Source of the DNA: Anaerovoracaceae bacterium
Lineage (GTDB): Bacteria > Bacillota > Clostridia > Peptostreptococcales > Anaerovoracaceae
DNA: 64,000 nt
Direction: 5' to 3'
Assembly: GCA_045114615.1 (NCBI GenBank)
Contig: JBGUKU010000099.1
Location: 1,385-65,384 of the forward strand
In this document: positions 20,014 through 28,720 of the stretch, piece after piece
Layout: each line of letters opens with the position of its first letter
Position numbering within the stretch: position 1 is the stretch's first letter
The notes under the pieces: generated by a model
Database searches by the model: none
Seen by the model: only the letters and a program-made list of their open reading frames with translations
What the model was told of the DNA's origin: nothing
Position numbers and translations under genes: made by a program

Positions 20014-20589
20014 TTAACCAATTATAAGCGGTCTGAGTCTGCGCGTCATAACCGCTGCCAGCAGTATTTTCAGTGCGTCCGGAATAATGTACGGGAACAC
20101 ACACCATGAAAGAGCCGTTATCAGTCCGATGCTTCCGCTGTCCCTTGCATATACCACCATAAACCATGCGGTACCGAATGCATAGCAGACCAGCAGACCT
20201 GCGATCATCGACGCAACAAGCGCTTTAAAACTCCTGCCCAGAAGGCGTTCCATCAGCCACATCAGAAGTGCTGAAAATACAAATCCGATTATGTAACCTC
20301 CGGTGGCGCCGAACAGATGCCCAATGCCGCCCGTAAATCCGGAAAAGACAGGAAGTCCTGCCGCACCAAGCAGCAGATATATGACTACCGCAAGTGTTCC
20401 GTTCCTGCCCCCAAGCAGACCCACAGCGAGAAATACTCCGAATGTCTGCATGGTGAACGGTACGGCTGCAGGGATAGATATCCACGAGCATACAGCCATG
20501 ACCGCGGCACAAACCGCGATCATGGCAGCATCTTTTGTCTGAATGCCTTCATGGCCTGTTTTGGTTTTCACTTCAGTATAATTTGACAC
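20014..20589 (-). CDS. bioY: Biotin transporter S-component BioY
   Basis: 191 aa with 5-6 TM segments. Motifs PFTMQTFGVFLAG-like and GPTGGYL-like (GATGGYIIGF) are typical of BioY. GTG start with AGAAGG RBS. Confidence 0.8.
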   Translation of the reverse strand: MSNYTEVKTKTGHEGIQTKDAAMIAVCAAVMAVCSWISIPAAVPFTMQTFGVFLAVGLLGGRNGTLAVVIYLLLGAAGLPVFSGFTGGIGHLFGATGGYIIGFVFSALLMWLMERLLGRSFKALVASMIAGLLVCYAFGTAWFMVVYARDSGSIGLITALSWCVFPYIIPDALKILLAAVMTRRLRPLIIG

Positions 20590-20611
20590 TCAATTTACCT
20601 TCTTGATTAAC

Positions 20612-21850
20612 TTATTTTTTTGATTTAGGAAATTCCTTTCCCTCTCTTCTTGTCTCATAATCGCTAATGATCATAGCTGCCGAGAGGTCTCCTACAACGT
20701 TGATTCCTGTACGTCCCATATCGAAGATACGGTCTACGCCGGCAACGAGCGCAATACCTTCAACAGGCAGTCCAACAGACTGGAGTACCATAGCGAGCAT
20801 GATCATGCCTGCACCAGGTGTTCCGGCTGTTCCGACCGAAGCGAGCGTAGCTGTCAGAACGATTGTAACCATCTGGCCGAGTGTCAGATGGATTCCGTAG
20901 CAGCTTGCGATGAAGATAGCGCAGACACCCTGATAAATCGCGGTACCATCCATGTTGATGGTAGCACCAAGCGGAAGTGTGAAGCTGGCAACATCCTTGC
21001 GACCGCCCATCTTCTCAGCACATTCCATCGTGACAGGAAGTGTTCCAATTGAAGATGTACTGGAGAAAGCGAACAGAAATGCCGGGAGTGCTCCCTTGAG
21101 GAACTTGGCCGGACTCATATGGCCGAGAGTCTTGACCGCGAGCGAGTATGTGAACAGTGCATGTACTGCGTATGCAATGTATGCTGTCAGCAGTACCATT
21201 GCGAGTGATCCGAGTACCTGAGGTCCATTGACTGCCACTACCGGTGTGATCAGGCAGAATACAGCGATCGGAGTCATCTTGATGATTCCTCTCATGATCA
21301 CCATGAACACTTCATAAGCACTGTCGATCCATTCCTTGAACGGAAGTCCCTTGTCCCCGGCAATGATGATGCCAAATCCGACGAAGAGAGCAATAACGAT
21401 TACCTGCAGCATAGTATTATTTACCATAGGCTCGAACAGGTTGGACGGGAAGATATTTACTATCGTGTCCATGAAGCTCGTAGGCTCTGCAGCTTCATAT
21501 TCCAGCGCGCTTGTCTCCAGGACCTTATATGTTCCCTTGAAAATGTTCGCAAAGAGAAGTCCGATAACGATGGCGAACGCTGTAGTGCAGAAGTAATAAA
21601 TGATAGTACGGAGTCCGATAGTTCCTACCTTCTTGATGTCCGAGAGCGATACAACACCCTGAACTATCGAAGTGATTACGATCGGTACTACGATGAACTT
21701 GAGCAGGTTGAGGAAGATAGTACCAAATGGCTTGATATAAGCTTCGGTAAAATCTGCCGCACCCACTGCAAGGAAGATGAGTCCCGCTACAATACCCAGG
21801 CCGAGAGCAATAAAGATTTGAATCGGCAATGAATTTTTAATTTTCTCCAT
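20612..21850 (-). CDS. Dicarboxylate/amino acid:cation symporter (DAACS; GltP/DctA/SstT family)
   Basis: 412 aa. Polytopic, with the SSIGTLPVT and GATINMDGTA re-entrant-loop motifs characteristic of the family. AAGGAGG RBS. Confidence 0.85.
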   Translation of the reverse strand: MEKIKNSLPIQIFIALGLGIVAGLIFLAVGAADFTEAYIKPFGTIFLNLLKFIVVPIVITSIVQGVVSLSDIKKVGTIGLRTIIYYFCTTAFAIVIGLLFANIFKGTYKVLETSALEYEAAEPTSFMDTIVNIFPSNLFEPMVNNTMLQVIVIALFVGFGIIIAGDKGLPFKEWIDSAYEVFMVIMRGIIKMTPIAVFCLITPVVAVNGPQVLGSLAMVLLTAYIAYAVHALFTYSLAVKTLGHMSPAKFLKGALPAFLFAFSSTSSIGTLPVTMECAEKMGGRKDVASFTLPLGATINMDGTAIYQGVCAIFIASCYGIHLTLGQMVTIVLTATLASVGTAGTPGAGMIMLAMVLQSVGLPVEGIALVAGVDRIFDMGRTGINVVGDLSAAMIISDYETRREGKEFPKSKK

Positions 21851-21939
21851 AAAAACCTCCTTAAACCTATTAACCTCCTTACATTATAGTTAGCACATGG
21901 CTGAAGTCCTCACCCTTCCAGCTATGTGTATACTATCGT

Positions 21940-22665
21940 CTAAATACTGTCAGCTGATTCTCTGACATTAGCGCCTGCCATTCTTATGGCTGCCTTTGCG
22001 AGAATTATAGTAGGATCTACAAATGCATCCGATCTCAGTCCCATTAAGCTGAAGGCGATAGGAAACTCCGTACTTGCGAGTATGAGCACCTCTGCGCCCT
22101 GTTTGCCAAGATCTCCGATCAGGTTCTGCATGTCTTCGCGGACAGCATCCGGAATGACAGCTCTGCCCTTTTTGACATAGTCGTATACAAGAGACATTAC
22201 CAGCTTTTGCTGTTCCTCATTCGGATACACGGTCTGGATTCCCATGCGCTCAAGGGCATGACCGAACAGTCCGCTCTGAACAGTGCCGTCAGTCGCGAGG
22301 ACCGCAGCTCTGTTAACTCCATTGAGTTTCAGAAGTTTAGCCGTCTCTTCAGGCATCTCGATAATAGGGATGCTGATTTTGTCCTTTATGTCTTCTACAA
22401 AGCAGTGTGCTGCATGGCATGCTATCACTATGAAGTCTGCTCCGGCCGCCTCAAGTCTTCTGGCACTTGCCAGCATCTCTGGCGCAGGGCTCTCGCCTCT
22501 GCCCAGGATAGCTTCCGTCCGGTCAGGTATCCTGGTATCGTTGTCGACTATCATAGGGATGTGTTCCTGATCTGAATAGGCGTCTGTCATGCTTATGATC
22601 CTGCTCATCAAGTCTACTGTCGCAGCAGGACCCATGCCGCCCATGATACCAATGGTCTTAGGCAT
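21940..22665 (-). CDS. Aspartate/glutamate racemase family paralogue lacking the second catalytic Cys
   Basis: 241 aa. IGIMGGMGPAAT N-terminus. The first motif is IACHAAHCF (Cys83). The second motif reads LASTEFP (Ser198, codon AGT at 22072-22074) instead of LGCTELP. Confidence 0.8.
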   Translation of the reverse strand: MPKTIGIMGGMGPAATVDLMSRIISMTDAYSDQEHIPMIVDNDTRIPDRTEAILGRGESPAPEMLASARRLEAAGADFIVIACHAAHCFVEDIKDKISIPIIEMPEETAKLLKLNGVNRAAVLATDGTVQSGLFGHALERMGIQTVYPNEEQQKLVMSLVYDYVKKGRAVIPDAVREDMQNLIGDLGKQGAEVLILASTEFPIAFSLMGLRSDAFVDPTIILAKAAIRMAGANVRESADSI

Positions 22666-22730
22666 TTCAGCCTCCTTTCTGAAGATGTGACAGCCGCGCC
22701 TTTATAAAGCGCGGCTGTCGCTTAAATGCT

Positions 22731-23948
22731 TTACTTGAGTAATGCCGCTATAGCCTCAGCACATTTTACGCATTTCTCTTTCGAGATCGACGCGATGGAT
22801 ACGCGGATTCCCTTTGCCAGTGCCAGGCAGAAAATATCCTGCTCTTCAAGCTTCCTGCCTACTTCAGCAGGATCGTCGCATGCGATGGTCACAAAGAATC
22901 CGGCTCTGAACGGTACGCACTTCACTCCGTTGTCGTTGAGAGTCTTTTCAAAAATGCGGCCGCGCTCGAGGAGCATGTCACGGTATACTCTTCTCTCTTC
23001 GTCTACCTTTGCCCTGAGTTCAGGATCTGCGTAGATCTTGCCCATTACTACCATAGCTGAACGGTTGCAGTTCGACCATGTGGAACGGGCTGCATACTCT
23101 GCTGCGCGTCTGAACTCTTCAGCGTCTTCCGCGTTCTTAGCCATGCATACGATGGCTCCGAGTCTCATGCCGTATGCAGTGAGAGTCTTGGAAGCACTGT
23201 ATCCGAATATTGTCAGAACATGATCTCCGAGATCAGCAAGTTTTGGCACAAATGCGCGCACTTCGTCTTCTTCGCCTGCATAGTCGATGTATGCGACATC
23301 GAGGAACAGAACCACCTTGCATGCTGCCTTGTTGATGACAGCGATCATTGCATCCCAGTCTTCAAGGCTGAGTGAGTAGCCGGTCGGATTGTGAGCAGGT
23401 GTGTTGATCATCAGCACTACCTGATCCTGTACTGCAGCAAGCTCGTTCAGCTGCTTTTCAAGATCTACAGCATCAAAACCGCCGTCTTCATTGAAGAATC
23501 TGAAAGTTTTGAGCTTGCGGCCCTGTGACACTGCGATGTTTTTATAGTTTGCCCAGCACCAATCATGTGTAAGAACACTGTCTCCATAGTTGGAATAATT
23601 CTGGATCACGCTTGTGATACTTCCGGTTCCTCCAGGTGTCACGCACAGATTGATGTGCCCGGATGGCTCATAGTTTCCGAAAAGAGCCTTTACTACTGCT
23701 TCCTTGAATGCAGGTGTTCCGGTGATCGGAGCATACTCAGCATAGTCCGCAGGTGTCAGGGTGCGAATCGCTTCTGCGACCGATGACATTACTACGAGGT
23801 CACCGTTATCGTCGAGCAGAGCTCCTACTGTAGCGTTTACTACTGCATCCTTACCCTTTGCGGCGATAGCCGCTTTTGCGCGTCCGCTCAATGCGAATAC
23901 TTTATCTGCGACAGGAATGGTCCTGCCATTCTCTTTCACGAAACCCAT
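22731..23948 (-). CDS. Class-I PLP aminotransferase, AspC/TyrB-like (aspartate aminotransferase candidate)
   Basis: 405 aa. PLP-lysine context GYSASKTLTAYGMRLG resembles AspC SYSKNFGLYNERVG. AAAGGAGAG RBS. Confidence 0.75.
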   Translation of the reverse strand: MGFVKENGRTIPVADKVFALSGRAKAAIAAKGKDAVVNATVGALLDDNGDLVVMSSVAEAIRTLTPADYAEYAPITGTPAFKEAVVKALFGNYEPSGHINLCVTPGGTGSITSVIQNYSNYGDSVLTHDWCWANYKNIAVSQGRKLKTFRFFNEDGGFDAVDLEKQLNELAAVQDQVVLMINTPAHNPTGYSLSLEDWDAMIAVINKAACKVVLFLDVAYIDYAGEEDEVRAFVPKLADLGDHVLTIFGYSASKTLTAYGMRLGAIVCMAKNAEDAEEFRRAAEYAARSTWSNCNRSAMVVMGKIYADPELRAKVDEERRVYRDMLLERGRIFEKTLNDNGVKCVPFRAGFFVTIACDDPAEVGRKLEEQDIFCLALAKGIRVSIASISKEKCVKCAEAIAALLK

Positions 23949-23968
23949 TTGTTATCTCTCCTTTGCGT

Positions 23969-25366
23969 TTATACCGGATATGCCTTGTTCTTCATGTCAA
24001 TCGCAGCAGGATCCATCTCGCTGCGAAGGGCTGCTCTTCTCTTGAAGTAGTCGAGCGCTACCTGACCGAACAGAGCGTAAGTCAATACATCCTCATCCTG
24101 CTCCTTGTAGTCGCCTACTTCTGCCGTGAGCTTCTCAAGTTCAGGCTCAAGCAGGTCTGCAGGTCTGCAGGTGATTCTCTCGCTCTCATCGATCTTAGCG
24201 AGAACCTCAGGATTCATAGGCATAGGTGTTGAACCGTATTTGCCTTTGAGAATCTCCTTTGTCTCCTTGGACAGCACCTTATATCTCTCACCCATCAGAA
24301 CGTTGAGAACAGCCTGTGTTCCTACGATCTGTGATGAAGGTGTTACCAGAGGCGGCATGCCGAGGTCGTTTCTTACACGAGGTACTTCCTGAAGCACTTC
24401 AAGGTATTTATCCTCTGCATTCTGATCTTTAAGCTGTGATACAAGGTTCGAAAGCATTCCGCCAGGTACCTGATAAATAAGAGTCTTGATATCTGTTCCA
24501 AGAACCTTGGTGTTCATGAGACCGCTCTTGAGATCCTTGTCTCTGATGGTCTGGAAGTGAGCAGCTATCTTTTCGAGCTTGCTGATATCGAGACCTGTAT
24601 CGTATTCAGTTCCCTTGAATGTCTCCACCATTACCTCGGTAGAAGGCTGGCTTGTTCCGCCCGAGAACGGCGAAATGGCTGTATCGATGACATCAACGCC
24701 GTTCAGAGCCGCTACGTAATAAGTGATAGGAGCTACACCACTGGTGCAGTGTGTATGCAGCTGGATAGGAATATCCACTGTCTCCTTGAGCATCTTGATC
24801 ATCTCGCCTGCCGCTGTCGGCACCATGAGACCCGCCATATCCTTGATGCAGATCGAATCTGCTCCAAGCTCCTGGATACGAAGAGCGCGGCCCTTCCAAT
24901 ACTCAGGTGTATACGGCTCTCCGATAGTATATGACATCGCTACCTGTGCGTGAGCTCCGTAAGCCTTGGTCGCCTTTACTGCTGTCTCAACATTGCGGAG
25001 GTCATTCAGCGCGTCGAAGATCCTGATCCTGTCAATACCGTTGTCGATCGACTTTTTGACGAAATAGTCAACTACGTCATCTGAATAGTGTCTGTAACCG
25101 AGAAGGTTCTGGCCTCTGAGCAGCATCTGAAGCTGTGTGTTAGGCATAGCGGCACGGAGCTTTCTGAGTCTTTCCCACGGATCCTCATCGAGGAATCTGA
25201 TACATGAGTCGAATGTAGCTCCGCCCCAGCATTCGATGGCTTCATAACCGACTTCATCCATAAGAGCCAGTGCAGGTTCCATGTCTTCAAAAGGCATTCT
25301 AGTAGCGATCAGTGACTGCTGACCGTCTCTGATCGCAGTCTCCATTATTTTTATTTTCTTTCCCAT
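23969..25366 (-). CDS. Oxaloacetate decarboxylase alpha / pyruvate-carboxylase-B / transcarboxylase-5S-type carboxyltransferase (no biotinyl domain)
   Basis: 465 aa. N-terminal IMETAIRDGQQSLIATRM TIM-barrel motif, HTHCTSG metal site, conserved C-terminal conserved-region fold. No AMKM motif. Confidence 0.85.
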   Translation of the reverse strand: MGKKIKIMETAIRDGQQSLIATRMPFEDMEPALALMDEVGYEAIECWGGATFDSCIRFLDEDPWERLRKLRAAMPNTQLQMLLRGQNLLGYRHYSDDVVDYFVKKSIDNGIDRIRIFDALNDLRNVETAVKATKAYGAHAQVAMSYTIGEPYTPEYWKGRALRIQELGADSICIKDMAGLMVPTAAGEMIKMLKETVDIPIQLHTHCTSGVAPITYYVAALNGVDVIDTAISPFSGGTSQPSTEVMVETFKGTEYDTGLDISKLEKIAAHFQTIRDKDLKSGLMNTKVLGTDIKTLIYQVPGGMLSNLVSQLKDQNAEDKYLEVLQEVPRVRNDLGMPPLVTPSSQIVGTQAVLNVLMGERYKVLSKETKEILKGKYGSTPMPMNPEVLAKIDESERITCRPADLLEPELEKLTAEVGDYKEQDEDVLTYALFGQVALDYFKRRAALRSEMDPAAIDMKNKAYPV

Positions 25367-25384
25367 TTTATTCCTCCATTGATA

Positions 25385-26500
25385 TCAGACACCGAATATA
25401 GCCATGAATACTCCGGCAGCAACTGCCGTACCGATTACTCCGGCTACATTAGGGCCCATGGCATGCATGAGCAGGAAGTTCGTAGGATCGGCTTCTGCGC
25501 CAACCTTCTGTGAAACTCTCGCCGCCATAGGAACCGCGGATACACCGGCGGAACCGATGAGCGGGTTGATCTTGCCGCCCGACAGCTTGCACATGAGTTT
25601 TCCGAAGAGCACTCCGGCAGCTGTACCGAAACTGAATGCTATCATTCCGAGGATGACGATCTTGATTGTAGTCCACTTAAGGAATGCTTCTGCGCTGGTC
25701 GTAGCTCCTACTGAAGTTCCCAGGAAGATTACTACAATATACATGAGTGCGTTTGAAGCTGTATCCTGCAGCTGACGTACGACTCCGCTCTCACGGAAGA
25801 GGTTGCCGAGCATGAGCATTCCGATAAGCGGTGCTGTAGAAGGCAGTATGAGGCATACTACGATCGTAACGATTATCGGGAACAGAATGCGTTCTCTCTT
25901 GGAGACGTCTCTGAGCTGCTCCATCTTGATTTTACGCTCTGCTTCAGTTGTGAGCGCTTTCATGATAGGCGGCTGTATGATCGGTACAAGTGACATGTAC
26001 GAGTACGCCGCCACGGCGATAGGACCCATGAGTTCTCTCTGTCCCAGCTTCATTGCCAGGAAGATCGATGTAGGTCCGTCCGCTCCTCCGATTATGCTTA
26101 CTGCCGCTGCCTGAGCTTCAGTGAATCCCATGAGCATCGCCAGCAGGAACGCTCCGAACACTCCGAACTGCGCTGCAGCTCCGAGCAGGAAGCTCTTAGG
26201 GTTGGCGATCAGCGGTCCGAAATCCGTCAGTGCTCCGACTCCCAGGAAAATGAGAGACGGAAGTATGGTCCACTCATCGAGCATGAAGAAGTAGTGCAGC
26301 AGTCCGCCTTCTTCCATGATAGGCGGATACAGGTTTACCAGCAGCATGCCGAATGATATCGGAAGGAGCAGGAGTGGCTCATATTCCTTGACAATGGCCA
26401 GATACAACAGTCCGAGAGCAACTGCGATCATGATCACATTGCCTACGGTAAGGTTGAAAAAGCCGGTCTGGTGAGCCAGGTTGAATAAGGTATCTCCCAT
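25385..26500 (-). CDS. Na+-translocating decarboxylase beta subunit (OadB/MmdB/GcdB family)
   Basis: 371 aa, polytopic. Motifs GADGPTSIF and [14 protein letters not shown] are typical of the beta subunit. Confidence 0.85.
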   Translation of the reverse strand: MGDTLFNLAHQTGFFNLTVGNVIMIAVALGLLYLAIVKEYEPLLLLPISFGMLLVNLYPPIMEEGGLLHYFFMLDEWTILPSLIFLGVGALTDFGPLIANPKSFLLGAAAQFGVFGAFLLAMLMGFTEAQAAAVSIIGGADGPTSIFLAMKLGQRELMGPIAVAAYSYMSLVPIIQPPIMKALTTEAERKIKMEQLRDVSKRERILFPIIVTIVVCLILPSTAPLIGMLMLGNLFRESGVVRQLQDTASNALMYIVVIFLGTSVGATTSAEAFLKWTTIKIVILGMIAFSFGTAAGVLFGKLMCKLSGGKINPLIGSAGVSAVPMAARVSQKVGAEADPTNFLLMHAMGPNVAGVIGTAVAAGVFMAIFGV

Positions 26501-26517
26501 TTCTTTACCTCCCGGTA

Positions 26518-26883
26518 TTATTCTACGTAAGCTACAGTCTGGCCTGATGTGGTGGCTTCTCCTTCTGAAACAACGATCTTGCTGACTGTGCCGTCCTTAG
26601 GTGCAACGACAGGGATCTCCATCTTCATGGCCTCGAGTACGATAATTGTGTCTCCGCTCTTGACCTGCTGTCCCTCATTTGCGACGATCTTGAAGACCTT
26701 ACCGGCAGTACCGCATACGACCGGATCGCCCTTTCCTTTTCCGCCGCCGGACTTGCCTGCCGCTTTTTTAGGTGCAGGAGCTGCTGCTGCCTTCGCCGGT
26801 GCTGCAGGAGCTGCGCTGCCGTCTGCCTTTTCTATTTCAACTTCGAATTCTTCGCCGTTTACTCTTACGATGTATGTCTCCAT
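26518..26883 (-). CDS. Biotin carboxyl carrier protein (stand-alone biotinyl domain)
   Basis: 121 aa. Ala/Pro/Lys linker followed by the biotinylation motif [10 protein letters not shown]. Confidence 0.9.
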   Translation of the reverse strand: METYIVRVNGEEFEVEIEKADGSAAPAAPAKAAAAPAPKKAAGKSGGGKGKGDPVVCGTAGKVFKIVANEGQQVKSGDTIIVLEAMKMEIPVVAPKDGTVSKIVVSEGEATTSGQTVAYVE

Positions 26884-27173
26884 GTTGCCCTCCGTACATT
26901 TCTGACGATGTATCCTTCTTCAGGTACACCCTCTTCATCTTTTAGTTGCTGATGGATCGCTGCCATGATGGCGGCAACGACTTCAGGCCTGATGCCCTCA
27001 GGTTCTTCAGGCTCTGCCGCTGCTGCAGCGGCCTGAACTGCCGGTTTTCTAGGCGCAAATGCCTTACCAAGCAGCCAGATGCAGATCGAAATGAATATCA
27101 GTACGCAGAATACCGTGCCCATTCCGATAAGCGTGTATAGCAGCGCGGTTAAGAATATCTGTCCTAAACTCAT
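26865..27173 (-). CDS. Decarboxylase gamma subunit (OadG family membrane anchor)
   Basis: 102 aa. Single N-terminal TM segment with GMGTVFCVL, an Ala/Pro/Glu linker and a basic C-terminus (IVRNVRR). Overlaps the BCCP start by 19 nt. Confidence 0.75.
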   Translation of the reverse strand: MSLGQIFLTALLYTLIGMGTVFCVLIFISICIWLLGKAFAPRKPAVQAAAAAAEPEEPEGIRPEVVAAIMAAIHQQLKDEEGVPEEGYIVRNVRRATWRHTS

Positions 27174-27181
27174 ATCATCAC

Positions 27182-28528
27182 CTACCTGCTGTTTACGAAC
27201 GTCTGAAGAGCTCCGATCAGATACTTTCTGGAGTCCTCAGGTGCGATCACCTTGTCAGCAAAGCCGTGTCTTGCCAAAGCAACGGCACTAGACTGGGTGT
27301 CGCGGAACTGCTGCTCGAGCTCAGATGACCATTTTCCGAAAATGACCTCTGTAGCCTGGCGCGGTTCTACGATACTTACATTGGCAGTATCCCACATGAA
27401 CACGTAATCAGCACCGAGTCCCTTGGAGTTCATCATACTGTAGGCACTTCCTACGATGGAACCTGTCACAAGGTTGATCTTAGGAACATCTGCTGCTGTC
27501 AGTGCCCTGACCATTCTCTCAGCTGCGCTAGGCAGTAAGATCTCTGTTGCCGAATCAGTATTGTAACCGTCGGTATCAGTAATGGTCAGAAGCGGAATGT
27601 GGAATCTGGTGCAAAGGTCTATCAGCTTTGCAGCCTTGTTGCAGCCGGCAGCTGTCAGACGCTTTTTGCCCTCATACTCATTGCAGGCCACCACTCCGAG
27701 AGGCATGCCCGCGATTCTGATGAATCCGGTCACTATGCTCTGACCTTCGTCGCTCCTGCATTCTATTAGACGGCCGTCATCAGACAGCTCAGCGAGTATC
27801 GCTCTTGCATCTCCGAGGCTGTCTTCGATACCGTCGCAGCTGCGGTTGAGATCTTCGTCGCTTACCTCAAGAACATTCGGCGCAAACTTGCTGCTCGGCG
27901 GCAGGATGTCCACTATGCCATGGATCTTCTCTACGATCTCTGCCCACTCAAATGTACCGTCATTGAGTGCCTCAACATATGGATTGTCACCGATGGCGTT
28001 GCTTACAACTCTCTGCGGGTTAACGAATATGCTTCCCTTATCCTTCTCAATAAAGACAAAGTCTGCAAGCTGTGCAGCGATCGACATTCCCCCGCCGCAC
28101 TGTCCTATTACCGCAACTATCTGCGGTATGATGTGCGAAGCCTCTGTCTGTCTCTTGTAAAGCTTCGCAAACTGATAAAGTCCGTCCAGCCCTTCTTCAA
28201 TACGGAAACCTGCACAGTCAAGGAGTCCGATCACAGGAGCATTTGCTTTGATAGCATGCTCGTACAGATCGACTATCTTGCGTCCGTGCTGTTCACCGAA
28301 TGTGCCGCCCATTACTTCATTGTCCTGGGCATAGACAAATACAAGGTTCCCATTTATCGTGCCGTAACCGGTCACCACGCCGTCTGACTCCTTAACGGAG
28401 TCCGGGTGATAGAACTCGGTAAACCTCGCCGATACATGTTCGCCCATCTCCATGAAGCTGCCCGGATCCAGAAGTTCCATGACCCTGGAAACCACGGCAG
28501 TTCTTTCATCACTTGCGATTACCTTCAT
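27182..28528 (-). CDS. Acyl-CoA-type carboxyltransferase (MmdA/GcdA/PccB, 12S-like), short form
   Basis: 448 aa. DGVVTGYGTINGNLVFVYAQDNEVMGGTFGEQHGRKI and GQCGGGMS motifs of the crotonase-fold carboxyl_trans family. AAGGAGG RBS. First gene of the cluster. Confidence 0.8.
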   Translation of the reverse strand: MKVIASDERTAVVSRVMELLDPGSFMEMGEHVSARFTEFYHPDSVKESDGVVTGYGTINGNLVFVYAQDNEVMGGTFGEQHGRKIVDLYEHAIKANAPVIGLLDCAGFRIEEGLDGLYQFAKLYKRQTEASHIIPQIVAVIGQCGGGMSIAAQLADFVFIEKDKGSIFVNPQRVVSNAIGDNPYVEALNDGTFEWAEIVEKIHGIVDILPPSSKFAPNVLEVSDEDLNRSCDGIEDSLGDARAILAELSDDGRLIECRSDEGQSIVTGFIRIAGMPLGVVACNEYEGKKRLTAAGCNKAAKLIDLCTRFHIPLLTITDTDGYNTDSATEILLPSAAERMVRALTAADVPKINLVTGSIVGSAYSMMNSKGLGADYVFMWDTANVSIVEPRQATEVIFGKWSSELEQQFRDTQSSAVALARHGFADKVIAPEDSRKYLIGALQTFVNSR

Positions 28529-28658
28529 AAGTTTCCTCCTTATGAGCTTATGATAATAGCACTACAATTTCTCCTGATTTTATTCTACATTGAAAGGGGG
28601 TTTTTATCAAACAAAAGGGGCAAACAGAACAAAGCAAAACAAAGCTTCAGCCTTATTG

Positions 28659-28687
28659 TTGTTTATGTTCAGTACAATTGATAAAAT
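28659..28687 (+). promoter_or_regulatory. Possible extended -10 promoter for the divergent aminotransferase gene
   Basis: TTGTTT (28659-28664), 17-nt spacer, then TGaTAAAAT (TG at 28679-28680, hexamer 28682-28687), 34 nt before ATG 28721. Confidence 0.35.
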
Positions 28688-28720
28688 AGAGAAATCAACC
28701 GGAAAGCGAGGGCTTCTGAC

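Noticed and set aside
19982-20167. 62-codon N-terminal extension of the TauE-like ORF
   Set aside because: The extension would overlap the 3' end of bioY by ~150 nt and encodes non-membrane, low-plausibility sequence. The internal ATG at 19981 starts directly at the first TM segment and the GGFVDAVAGGGG motif.
23969-28528. Calling the cluster a soluble Propionibacterium-type transcarboxylase
   Set aside because: An OadB-like polytopic beta subunit and an OadG-like anchor sit between the carboxyltransferase genes, which argues for a membrane Na+-pump complex. The transcarboxylase idea is kept only as a sub-hypothesis.
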